DNA of 64,000 nt, taken from the IMG/VR virus record IMGVR_UViG_3300021425_000008, positions 64,001 through 128,000 of that record; one strand, given 5' to 3'. Below, piece by piece: positions 47,040 through 55,809 of this stretch. The position numbers and the translations under genes were made by a program. This stretch comes from a virus. Every line of letters begins with the position of its first letter. The stretch's first letter is position 1. The notes beneath the pieces are model-generated. The model made no database searches, had not been told where the DNA came from, and saw only the letters and a list, made by a program, of their open reading frames with translations.

Positions 47040-47690
47040 ATGAAACTTATCAGAGAAGAAATCGAATCAGTAGATTTTATCGTTGAAGAAAGAAACGGTA
47101 AAAAACAGATGTACATTGAAGGTATCTTCCTCCAAGGAAATATCTGTAATCGTAATGGTAGAATGTATCAAATGGAGGGACTGAGAAAGGAAGTCCAGAG
47201 ATACACAGAAAACCACATCAATTCTGGTAGAGCTCTTGGAGAACTCGGACACCCCGATGGTCCAACTGTTAATCTGGACCGCGTTAGTCACAAGATTATT
47301 AGTCTCAAAGAAGACGGAAACAACTTCATTGGTAAAGCGAAAATCTTATCGACTCCGATGGGTAATATTGCGAAGTCGCTTATCGGGGAGGGAGTTAAAC
47401 TTGGCGTTTCTAGTAGAGGCATCGGCTCACTTAAACAGACCAGAGAAGGAGTAAACATTGTAGGTGACGACTTCATGTTAGCAACTGCTGCTGACATCGT
47501 TGCCGACCCATCAGCACCAGATGCTTTCGTTGAAGGTATCATGGAAGGTAAAGATTGGGTTTGGGACGGTGGTATCCTGAGAGAACAGACCGCAAAGAAA
47601 ACTTACAAGACAATCAACACTCTTGTAACTCAAGGTCAGCTTGATGAGAAGAAGCTTGATTTATTCAACAACTTCTTAAATAATCTTTGA
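47040..47690 (+). CDS. gp21: prohead protease gp21
   Basis: NRNGRMY, ALGELGHP, LGVSSRGIGS, DIVADPSAPDAFV. Confidence 0.97.
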   Translation: MKLIREEIESVDFIVEERNGKKQMYIEGIFLQGNICNRNGRMYQMEGLRKEVQRYTENHINSGRALGELGHPDGPTVNLDRVSHKIISLKEDGNNFIGKAKILSTPMGNIAKSLIGEGVKLGVSSRGIGSLKQTREGVNIVGDDFMLATAADIVADPSAPDAFVEGIMEGKDWVWDGGILREQTAKKTYKTINTLVTQGQLDEKKLDLFNNFLNNL

Positions 47691-47710
47691 TTATATTGAA
47701 TTATACAATT

Positions 47711-47718
47711 TATAAATA
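47711..47718 (+). promoter_or_regulatory. T4-type late promoter
   Basis: TATAAATA upstream of gp22. Confidence 0.75.
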
Positions 47719-47755
47719 AATATAGATTAAAAAAGGTTAATCGGAGTAACTTCAA

Positions 47756-48802
47756 ATGTCTCGTGGAGATTTACAAGAAATGGAGCAATCAAAAACTGCT
47801 GTGAACGCGAACGCTAAACCTGCTGAAGGTATGGGTAAGCTTTCCAGCCCAGGCGAAGGCCTGTCAACTTCTTACGAAGATCTCGGTGGTCCAACACCTG
47901 AGAACTATAAGCCTGACAACGATTCTGCAAAGCTCAAAGAGCCTAAGATCGCAACTGTCAGTGATGTAGTCAACAAAGGTGCAAAGGCTGCTGATCCTAT
48001 GAAGAAAATGGCTAAGGAAGAGATCGAAACCGAAGAGGAAGAGATTGTATCCGAATCTGACGAAGTTACCGAAGAGTCTGTTGACATCGAAGAAGACGTG
48101 AATGCACTTCTCGGTGGCGAAGAGCTCTCCGAAGAATTCAAAGAAAAGGCACGTGTCATCTTTGAAGCTGCATTAACCTCTAAAATCAAAGAAATCCAGG
48201 AAACCCTGGAGGTTCAGTACGCTGAGCGTCTGGACGAGGAGAGACAATCCCTGAAGGGAGAACTCACCGAGAGAGTTGACGCATATCTTGAGTATGTCTG
48301 CGAAGAGTGGATGACCGAGAATGAGTTAGCTATCGAACATGGTCTCAAGACCGAAATGACTGAATCCTTCCTGTCTGGCATGAAGGGTCTTTTTGAAGAA
48401 CATTATGTAACTATCCCTGAAGATAAATATGATGTACTTGAGAACATGGTAGAAAAACTTGATGATATGGAGACTAAACTCAATGAGCAGATTGAGAAGA
48501 ACATTGGTCTGAACAAGAGACTCGCTGAGTCCACTGCAGACACCATCTTCTCGACCGTCTCTGAAGGTCTTGCTGAGACCCAAAAAGAGAAGCTCGCTTC
48601 ACTTGCTGAAAGTGTAGAGTTTGAAAGTGAAGACGAATATCGTGAAAAGCTGGAGACCCTGAAGGAGTCATACTTCTCCAAGGCACCTACGGCGAAATCA
48701 GAAGCACCTCAGACAATCTCTGAAAGTGTTGATTCAACCCCTGCTCCTACCTCTACAGGTATGGAACAGTACATGAGAGCACTTGGTGCATTCAAAAAGT
48801 GA
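47756..48802 (+). CDS. gp22: prohead scaffold / core protein gp22
   Basis: Acidic coiled coil; FKEKARVIFEAAL, VDAYLEYV, KLETLKESYF. Confidence 0.95.
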   Translation: MSRGDLQEMEQSKTAVNANAKPAEGMGKLSSPGEGLSTSYEDLGGPTPENYKPDNDSAKLKEPKIATVSDVVNKGAKAADPMKKMAKEEIETEEEEIVSESDEVTEESVDIEEDVNALLGGEELSEEFKEKARVIFEAALTSKIKEIQETLEVQYAERLDEERQSLKGELTERVDAYLEYVCEEWMTENELAIEHGLKTEMTESFLSGMKGLFEEHYVTIPEDKYDVLENMVEKLDDMETKLNEQIEKNIGLNKRLAESTADTIFSTVSEGLAETQKEKLASLAESVEFESEDEYREKLETLKESYFSKAPTAKSEAPQTISESVDSTPAPTSTGMEQYMRALGAFKK

Positions 48803-48843
48803 ATTTAACATTCATTCAAACAACAACTATTAAGTAAAGGCAA

Positions 48844-50268
48844 ATGTTTCAATCCGAACATCTGCAGGAAAAGTGGAGCCCACTTCTCGACTATGAAGGT
48901 CTTGATCCAATCAAAGATTCTCATCGTCGTTCAGTAACCGCAGTCCTGCTCGAGAACCAAGAAAAATTCCTCAAGGAAGAGCATGCATTCCAGTCAGGTA
49001 TCAACCTGATGGAAACCCCAACCAACTCAGGTAATGCCGCTGGTGCATCTGGTGCGTTTGGTGCTGACTCTCCTGCTGCTGGTCCTACCGCTGGTTTCGA
49101 CCCTGTTCTGATCTCCTTGATCAGACGCGCAATGCCTAACCTGGTCGCATATGACCTGGCTGGCGTTCAGCCAATGAACGGTCCTACTGGACTGATCTTT
49201 GCAATGCGCTCCCGCTACGAGAACCAGTCTGGTAACGAGACCTTCTTCAACGAAGTCGATACCGCATTCTCTGGTCAGGATGATGGCTTCAACCTGACTG
49301 CTGGTTTCGCAGACGGTAACGCTGGTCTGGGTACAACTGCTCAGTCTGGTGACAACCCTTCAGTACTCAACCCTGTTGGTTCTGCATCCTCCACTGGCTA
49401 CAATGTCGGTGAAGGTATGGTAACTGGTGACTCTGAGAACCTGGGTTCAGGTACTGGTGATCACTTCAACCAGATGGCATTCTCGATCGAGAAAGTCACT
49501 GTAACCGCTAAGTCCAGAGCACTCAAAGCTGAGTACTCCTTAGAACTCGCACAGGATCTGAAGGCAATCCACGGTCTCAATGCTGAGGCAGAACTCGCAA
49601 ACATTCTCTCCACTGAGATTCTTGCTGAGATCAACCGTGAAGTCATCAGAACCATCTACAAGGTTGCTGAACAGGGTGCTGTTTCTAACACCGCAACTGC
49701 TGGTGTATTTGACCTTGACATCGACTCCAACGGTCGTTGGTCTGTTGAGAAGTTCAAAGGTCTTCTTTTCCAAATCGAGAGAGATGCGAACGCAATCGCA
49801 CAAAGAACTCGTAGAGGGAAGGGCAACATGATCATGTGCTCTGCAGACGTTGCATCCGCACTGACCATGGCAGGTATCCTCGACTATACCCCAGCCCTGA
49901 ACGCAAACCTGAACGTTGACGACACTGGCAATACCTTCGCTGGTACCATCAACGGTAAGTTCCGTGTCTACATCGACCCATATTCTGCAAACCTGACTTC
50001 TGCAAACGCAGCTAACGGTAACCAGTACTATGTCGTCGGTTATAAGGGTACTTCACCTTATGACGCTGGTCTGTTCTATTGTCCTTATGTTCCTCTCCAG
50101 ATGGTTCGTGCCGTCGGTGAGAACACCTTCCAGCCAAAAATTGGCTTCAAGACTCGTTACGGTCTCGTTGCTAACCCATTCGCTGAAGGCACCACACAAG
50201 GCCTCGGTAGACTCCGTGTTAACTCCAACCGCTACTACAGAAGAGTTGCAGTTAAGAACCTCATGTGA
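48844..50268 (+). CDS. gp23: major capsid protein gp23
   Basis: LISLIRRAMPNL, VQPMNGPTGLIFAMR, KSRALKAEY, FYCPYVPL, PKIGFKTRYG. Confidence 0.99.
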   Translation: MFQSEHLQEKWSPLLDYEGLDPIKDSHRRSVTAVLLENQEKFLKEEHAFQSGINLMETPTNSGNAAGASGAFGADSPAAGPTAGFDPVLISLIRRAMPNLVAYDLAGVQPMNGPTGLIFAMRSRYENQSGNETFFNEVDTAFSGQDDGFNLTAGFADGNAGLGTTAQSGDNPSVLNPVGSASSTGYNVGEGMVTGDSENLGSGTGDHFNQMAFSIEKVTVTAKSRALKAEYSLELAQDLKAIHGLNAEAELANILSTEILAEINREVIRTIYKVAEQGAVSNTATAGVFDLDIDSNGRWSVEKFKGLLFQIERDANAIAQRTRRGKGNMIMCSADVASALTMAGILDYTPALNANLNVDDTGNTFAGTINGKFRVYIDPYSANLTSANAANGNQYYVVGYKGTSPYDAGLFYCPYVPLQMVRAVGENTFQPKIGFKTRYGLVANPFAEGTTQGLGRLRVNSNRYYRRVAVKNLM

Positions 50269-50290
50269 TTCGTCACTAGAGATCGTAATC

Positions 50291-50317
50291 AAGACCTCCT
50301 TCGGGGGGTCTTTTTTT
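50291..50317 (+). terminator. rho-independent terminator after gp23
   Basis: AAGACCTCC-TTCG-GGGGGTC followed by TTTTTTT. Confidence 0.9.
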
Positions 50318-50341
50318 ATGCCCTTATATTAGAAAAGTCTC

Positions 50342-50349
50342 TATAAATA
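50342..50349 (+). promoter_or_regulatory. T4-type late promoter
   Basis: TATAAATA. Confidence 0.7.
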
Positions 50350-50371
50350 ATACATAAAACGCCACGGGGTC

Positions 50372-50530
50372 ATGGCATCATATATTCGAAAAATTATTTG
50401 TAATAAGGAAGTTTATTTTAAAGGAAATGGTCAGTGGACGGAAAATTTTTCCGAAAGGAAAAAGTATAATACTGAAGCAGACGCCAAAGAAGTCCATTAC
50501 GAATACTCAGGTGTTGTAGTCAACGAATAG
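50372..50530 (+). CDS. small hypothetical protein (52 aa, MASYIRKIICNKEVYFKG...)
   Basis: Manual translation; lies between the late promoter and gp3. Confidence 0.65.
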   Translation: MASYIRKIICNKEVYFKGNGQWTENFSERKKYNTEADAKEVHYEYSGVVVNE

Positions 50531-50531
50531 T

Positions 50532-51080
50532 ATGTCTGAATCAATTGCATTCCAGAATCAAATAACTGATAGGAATTTTCTTCAGGCAACTGGATTTAGT
50601 TTCACTGTCAGTAGAGCTCGTCACTTAGGATTTTATGGGAACTCCATTAATGTTCCTGGATTAGTTCTAGGTACATTGGAACAACCTTCTTATACAAGGA
50701 TGATTCCTAGACCAGGCGAATTACTGGAGTTCAATGACCTGAGGATTAGATTTCTAATTGACCAAGGTCTTGAAAACTATACTGAAATCCAGAATTGGAT
50801 GAGAGGTATTGGTTTCCCTGAAAGTCTTCAGGAAATCTATGACTTCCAGAAAGATGGACCACTAGATGATGGTCGAACTGAGAACCTTTATTCTGATGGT
50901 ACACTGACTATTCTGAATGGTATCAACAGACCAATGTTCAGTGTAAAATTTAAGGACATGTTCCCATACTCATTGTCTGATATCACATTCGACTCTACTG
51001 GGACAGATGTTGAATTCTTGACAGCAGAGGTCCTCTTCAAGTATTCTGTGTATAATATCACTGACGTACTCTGCTGCTAA
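50532..51080 (+). CDS. gp3: tail completion / tube terminator gp3
   Basis: RNFLQATGFSF, ENYTEIQNWMRG, YSDGTLTIL, FKDMFPYSLS; synteny. Confidence 0.88.
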   Translation: MSESIAFQNQITDRNFLQATGFSFTVSRARHLGFYGNSINVPGLVLGTLEQPSYTRMIPRPGELLEFNDLRIRFLIDQGLENYTEIQNWMRGIGFPESLQEIYDFQKDGPLDDGRTENLYSDGTLTILNGINRPMFSVKFKDMFPYSLSDITFDSTGTDVEFLTAEVLFKYSVYNITDVLCC

Positions 51081-51514
51081 TGATCGACTTACCTACACTT
51101 CAACAGATGTGGGAAAAGGATTCTAAGATTGACATTGACAATCTTCATACCGAATCGTTGAACATTCCAGTTCTGCATTCAAAATATTATGACATTTATA
51201 ATAACCTCATGTTGTTGAGGACAAAAGCAGAACAACAAAAAAAGAATGTAAGACACGAAAGGTATGAATACTATTCGGGTAAAGCTGACCCCGATGTGTA
51301 TATCCAAAATCCTTTCCCGAAAAAGATTAGAGATAAAGATACGATGACAAAGTATCTCGACGCTGACGAGAGATTGTCGAATGTTTCAATGAAAATTGAA
51401 TACTATAATGTAATGCTTAGATACATAGAAGAGATTCTAAAACAAATTACGAATCGAACTTATCAAATCAAAAACAGTATTGAATTCATGCGTTTCAGTT
51501 CAGGACTAGGCTAA
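51080..51514 (+). CDS. uvsY: recombination mediator UvsY
   Basis: IPVLHSKYY, YYSGKA, RTYQIKNSIEF; upstream of uvsW. Confidence 0.9.
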   Translation: MIDLPTLQQMWEKDSKIDIDNLHTESLNIPVLHSKYYDIYNNLMLLRTKAEQQKKNVRHERYEYYSGKADPDVYIQNPFPKKIRDKDTMTKYLDADERLSNVSMKIEYYNVMLRYIEEILKQITNRTYQIKNSIEFMRFSSGLG

Positions 51515-51699
51515 TGGAACAAGAAGATCAGTATTACCATTTAGAGTTGCCGATTGAAGCGGTTCGTATCATCCATAAAGGACTGTCACAGGCCTGTGAG
51601 AAATGGTCTGGTGGAGATCCAGTCGAACAAGAAGATCTTCAGACAATGAGAGATCATTTTTACAGAATTGTTTTAGAACATAGGTTTGACACTATGTAA
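51514..51699 (+). CDS. hypothetical protein (61 aa)
   Basis: ORF track; coupled to the uvsY stop. Confidence 0.75.
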   Translation: MEQEDQYYHLELPIEAVRIIHKGLSQACEKWSGGDPVEQEDLQTMRDHFYRIVLEHRFDTM

Positions 51700-51728
51700 T
51701 AAATACTTGTAGGTGAGAACCTACATGA

Positions 51729-53195
51729 ATGGCTGATTTGACTATAGAAAAGGTAAACGAAGTTTACTTGAAGATTACAACGGAACCTCATATTGAGTAC
51801 GAACTGAGAGATAAGTTCACCTTTGAAGTTCCTAATAAAAAATTCATGCCTCAGTATCGTAGTAAGTACTGGGATGGATTTGTTCATCTCTTCAACATGA
51901 AGACCAAGAGAATCTATGTGGGTCTTCTTGATAAGATTATTGCGTTCTGTGAGAGTGCAGGATACACATATAAGTTTTTAAATAATAAATTCTACGGTCC
52001 ACCGTTTGAGGTGAATGACTTAGTAAGTCATGGTGGAACAAAAGATTATATGGAAAGTATATCACCTAGTATTAGTCCTCGTGACTATCAGGTAGATGGT
52101 GTATATGAAGCGTTAAGGTATAACAGAAAACTACTCATCTCTCCTACGGGTTCTGGTAAGTCTTTTATGATTTACTCCGTGGTGAGATATCACGTTGCAC
52201 GTGGTAATAAAATTCTATTGGTTGTTCCGACCACATCTCTTGTAGAACAGATGTTCAAAGACTTCCAACAATATGGATGGGATGCAGAGAATCATTGTCA
52301 CAGAATCTATGCTGGACGTGAGAGAGTCAATACGAATGAGGTAACGATTACAACTTGGCAGTCTGTCTATCAATTGGATCGTAAGTTCTTTGAAGACTAT
52401 GACGTTGTGATTGGTGACGAGGCCCACCTTTTTAAGAGTAAGTCTCTTATTGGTATCATGGATAAGTTACATCATGCTAAGTATAGATACGGGTTTACGG
52501 GGACACTAGACGGCTCTCAGACCCATAAGTGGGTGTTAGAAGGACTCTTTGGTCCATCATATAAAGTAACTCAAACAAAGAAACTTCAGGATGAAGGACA
52601 CTTAGCTTCACTTGATATTCAGTGTCTTGTCTTGAAGTACAAACCAAAGAAGTTTGAAACCTACGAAGATGAGATACAGTTTCTCATTGGTCATGAGAAA
52701 AGAAATAACTTTATTACAAATCTAGTCAGAGATCTGGATGGTAATAGTCTTGTATTATATTCCAGAGTGGAGGCTCATGGTGCCATCCTTTTTGACTTAA
52801 TAAATAAAAAGGTAAGTGAAGACCGTAAAGTATTCTTTATTCATGGTGGTGTGGATGCCGAAGATAGAGAACAAGTAAGGGAGATTACTGAAAAAGAAAA
52901 AGACGCTATCATCGTTGCATCTTACGGAACATTTAGTACTGGTATCAATATTAAAAATCTACACAATGTAATATTTGCCTCTCCATCCAAATCTAGAGTA
53001 AGAAACTTACAAAGTATTGGTAGAGTCCTACGTAAAGGCAAAGATAAAGTCAGTGCAAAACTTTATGATATTGCAGATGACTTAACAATTGGATCAAGAA
53101 AGAATTACACACTGAATCATTTTATTGAACGGGTCAAAATTTATGTTTCAGAACAGTTCAACTATGATATTTTTACTATCGACATAAAAGAATAA
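51729..53195 (+). CDS. uvsW: SF2 helicase UvsW
   Basis: SPTGSGKS, GDEAH, GFTGT, QSIGRVLR. Confidence 0.97.
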   Translation: MADLTIEKVNEVYLKITTEPHIEYELRDKFTFEVPNKKFMPQYRSKYWDGFVHLFNMKTKRIYVGLLDKIIAFCESAGYTYKFLNNKFYGPPFEVNDLVSHGGTKDYMESISPSISPRDYQVDGVYEALRYNRKLLISPTGSGKSFMIYSVVRYHVARGNKILLVVPTTSLVEQMFKDFQQYGWDAENHCHRIYAGRERVNTNEVTITTWQSVYQLDRKFFEDYDVVIGDEAHLFKSKSLIGIMDKLHHAKYRYGFTGTLDGSQTHKWVLEGLFGPSYKVTQTKKLQDEGHLASLDIQCLVLKYKPKKFETYEDEIQFLIGHEKRNNFITNLVRDLDGNSLVLYSRVEAHGAILFDLINKKVSEDRKVFFIHGGVDAEDREQVREITEKEKDAIIVASYGTFSTGINIKNLHNVIFASPSKSRVRNLQSIGRVLRKGKDKVSAKLYDIADDLTIGSRKNYTLNHFIERVKIYVSEQFNYDIFTIDIKE

Positions 53196-53204
53196 GGAGA
53201 ACGT

Positions 53205-53591
53205 ATGATTGAAGACGATTTTTACGCAACAATCAAACTTAAATGTGGAGATGAGATATTTTGTAAGGTGGCAGCATCTGAAGAAGATGATCGAACAATG
53301 TTACTTGTGTCTTATCCTATCTGTGTTCAACCTATTAAGACAAGAGGATCAGTTACTGGATACAAGTTTGAACCATGGTTAAAGACTTCTAATGAAGATC
53401 TTTTCCTGATCAACTTAGATGAAGTTCTCACGATGTCTGAATCAGAGAACATTGAAATGATTATGAACTATCAGGACTACATCAGAAAGAGTAACCAAGG
53501 TAACTTTGCAAAGTTAGATCGAAGAATGGGTTACTTAGGAAATGTAAGAGATACGAAAGAGGTCTTGGAGAAGTTATACAAGTCTTCTTAA
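53205..53591 (+). CDS. conserved hypothetical protein between uvsW and gp55
   Basis: ORF track; TAAGGAG SD. Confidence 0.85.
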   Translation: MIEDDFYATIKLKCGDEIFCKVAASEEDDRTMLLVSYPICVQPIKTRGSVTGYKFEPWLKTSNEDLFLINLDEVLTMSESENIEMIMNYQDYIRKSNQGNFAKLDRRMGYLGNVRDTKEVLEKLYKSS

Positions 53592-53627
53592 AGAACCTAT
53601 AGCTATCCTATCATCCTGGACAAGCCT

Positions 53628-53656
53628 AGTCTATACGACTTTCGTTACCTTGTCAA
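53628..53656 (-). promoter_or_regulatory. antisense sigma70-type promoter
   Basis: On the - strand: TTGACA-N17-TAGACT. Confidence 0.55.
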
Positions 53657-53678
53657 CACCTGATATCTCTGGTATAAT
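53650..53678 (+). promoter_or_regulatory. sigma70-type promoter for gp55
   Basis: TTGTCA-N17-TATAAT with a TGn extension. Confidence 0.75.
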
Positions 53679-53700
53679 TAAAACAACAAAAAGAACTTTT

Positions 53701-54180
53701 ATGCCTAAACCCAGAAATGCAGAACACTATGTAAATAACAAAGAGTTTCTGAACGCCCTTGAGAACTACTTCGCCAGAGTTGAGAAAGCAAAACTCAATG
53801 ATGAACCGAAACCAGAAATTCCTCGTTACATTGGTGAGTGCTTTCTGAAGATTGCAAATCATTTGTCATACAAACCAAACTTTGTGAACTACATGTTCAA
53901 AGATGACATGATCTGTGATGGTATCGAGAACTGTGTAAGATATATCCATAACTTTAATCCTGAGAAGTCCAAGAACCCCTTCGCTTATTTTACTCAGATC
54001 ATTTATTACGCATTCCTGAGAAGGATCTCTCAAGAGAAGAAACAGTTAGAGATCAAGAACAAGATTCTTGAGAAGACTGACTTCGATGAAGTCTTTGATG
54101 CCAATGATCTTGACATGGGTAACTATTCTGATTATAATAGTATTAAGGATACAGTTCATCAAAAACTGAGAAATTCATGA
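53701..54180 (+). CDS. gp55: late transcription sigma factor gp55
   Basis: HYVNNKEFL, YIGECFLKIA, NPFAYFTQI; ATG 53701 lies downstream of the promoter. Confidence 0.96.
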   Translation: MPKPRNAEHYVNNKEFLNALENYFARVEKAKLNDEPKPEIPRYIGECFLKIANHLSYKPNFVNYMFKDDMICDGIENCVRYIHNFNPEKSKNPFAYFTQIIYYAFLRRISQEKKQLEIKNKILEKTDFDEVFDANDLDMGNYSDYNSIKDTVHQKLRNS

Positions 54181-54485
54181 TTGGAAAACTTGACCCCGAG
54201 GAACATGTTATGGACGAGTCCGTGATTTATCCTGGGAAGATGCTTGGACAACTTGCCATCGCATTGGAAAAACTGGGATGGGAGTATGGTGATGAGGTTG
54301 ATGTAGAGATTGGTGGCACTCAAGTCTCTGGTATTGATGTCGGTGAGGAGTACAATAAGAAGTGGCAGTCACCTCTTGGTACTCGTAAGTACAATAAAGA
54401 TGCCTTTATCATTATCAAAAATCAGTCACGTAGAGACTTGACTAAATCACAACCTATGGAAGAATTTAAGCCAGAACACGGTTAG
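54177..54485 (+). CDS. conserved hypothetical protein
   Basis: ORF track; ATGA overlap with gp55. Confidence 0.8.
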   Translation: MIGKLDPEEHVMDESVIYPGKMLGQLAIALEKLGWEYGDEVDVEIGGTQVSGIDVGEEYNKKWQSPLGTRKYNKDAFIIIKNQSRRDLTKSQPMEEFKPEHG

Positions 54486-54487
54486 AG

Positions 54488-55528
54488 ATGAAAGTTGCAA
54501 TAATTTCAGACACGCACTACGGCGCCCGTAAAGGATCTAAACTCTTTCACGATTACTTTGAAAAATTCTACAACGATGTGTTCTTTCCTACGATAGATAA
54601 AGAAGGTATCACCACTGTCATTCACATGGGTGATGCCTTTGATAGTCGAAAGGGTATTGAATTCAAGTCATTGAAGTGGTCGAAGAGAGTTGTGTTCAAT
54701 CCTCTCAAAGAACGTGGTATCAAGATGCATCTCATGGTTGGTAATCATGATGCATATTACAAGAATACGAATGAAATCAATGCTGTTGATCTTCTCCTAA
54801 AAGAATATGATAATGTTGAGGTTTATTCTTCTCCTACAGAAGTATCTGTGGGTGATCTCCCCGTTCTATTCATTCCTTGGATCAATGAGCAGAACGAAAA
54901 AGAAACCAACAGTATTATCAAAAAGACAAAGTGTTCAGTCGCAATGGGACACCTCGAACTCAACGGATTCGTCGCGACCCCTGGTCACATCATGGAGCAC
55001 GGTCATGACGCAAGAGCCTTTAATAAGTTCGAGAAAGTCTTTTCGGGACATTATCACGCTCGATCCGACAATGGGACCGTGTTCTATCTTGGTAATCCCT
55101 ATGAAATGTTCTGGAATGATGTCGAAAGTCCCAGAGGTTTCACTATTTTTGATACTGAGTCCCTGGAACATCGACCCGTAAACAATCCATACAGATTGTT
55201 CTACAAGATCTTCTACGAAGACACTGACCATCAGACATTCAACACCTCTGAGTATGAGAACAAGATCGTCAAGGTCATTGTAAGAAAGAAGACAGACACA
55301 AAGAAGTTTGAAAAGTTCATCGACAAACTCTATACGTCTGGTGTTGCTGATCTGAAGATTGTAGAGAACTTCCAACTCGATGAGTCCGAAGAGTTTGAAG
55401 CAGATGAGTCAGAAGACACGATGTCTATCCTCAGTCGTTATATTGACGAATCTGAAACTGAGTTAAATAAAACAGTAATTCAGTCTCTGATTAAAGAAAT
55501 ATACCAAGAGGCATGTGAGGTCGTATAA
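54488..55528 (+). CDS. gp47: recombination endonuclease subunit gp47 (Mre11-like)
   Basis: DTHYG, GDAFD, GNHD, SGHYH phosphoesterase motifs. Confidence 0.96.
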   Translation: MKVAIISDTHYGARKGSKLFHDYFEKFYNDVFFPTIDKEGITTVIHMGDAFDSRKGIEFKSLKWSKRVVFNPLKERGIKMHLMVGNHDAYYKNTNEINAVDLLLKEYDNVEVYSSPTEVSVGDLPVLFIPWINEQNEKETNSIIKKTKCSVAMGHLELNGFVATPGHIMEHGHDARAFNKFEKVFSGHYHARSDNGTVFYLGNPYEMFWNDVESPRGFTIFDTESLEHRPVNNPYRLFYKIFYEDTDHQTFNTSEYENKIVKVIVRKKTDTKKFEKFIDKLYTSGVADLKIVENFQLDESEEFEADESEDTMSILSRYIDESETELNKTVIQSLIKEIYQEACEVV

Positions 55529-55809
55529 TGTTTATCATTACAGTTGCTGGTAAAGAAAAGGACGGTGCATACTCTGTGGTTGATGAGTCTGGGGAACAAG
55601 TCCTTTATATCTTCTGTGACGAAGACGACGCAGAAAGATATGCCTTACAACTGGAAGAACTTGACTACCCCGAGATGAATGTGTTAGAAGTAGAAGATGA
55701 GATAATGATCAAGACCTGTGAGATGCATGATCACAGGTACACTATTATAACCACTGACGATATTGTGATCCCTCCTGATTCTGAATATGATAGTTTTCAA
55801 AAAAATTAA
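55528..55809 (+). CDS. conserved hypothetical protein
   Basis: ORF between gp47 and gp46. Confidence 0.85.
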   Translation: MFIITVAGKEKDGAYSVVDESGEQVLYIFCDEDDAERYALQLEELDYPEMNVLEVEDEIMIKTCEMHDHRYTIITTDDIVIPPDSEYDSFQKN

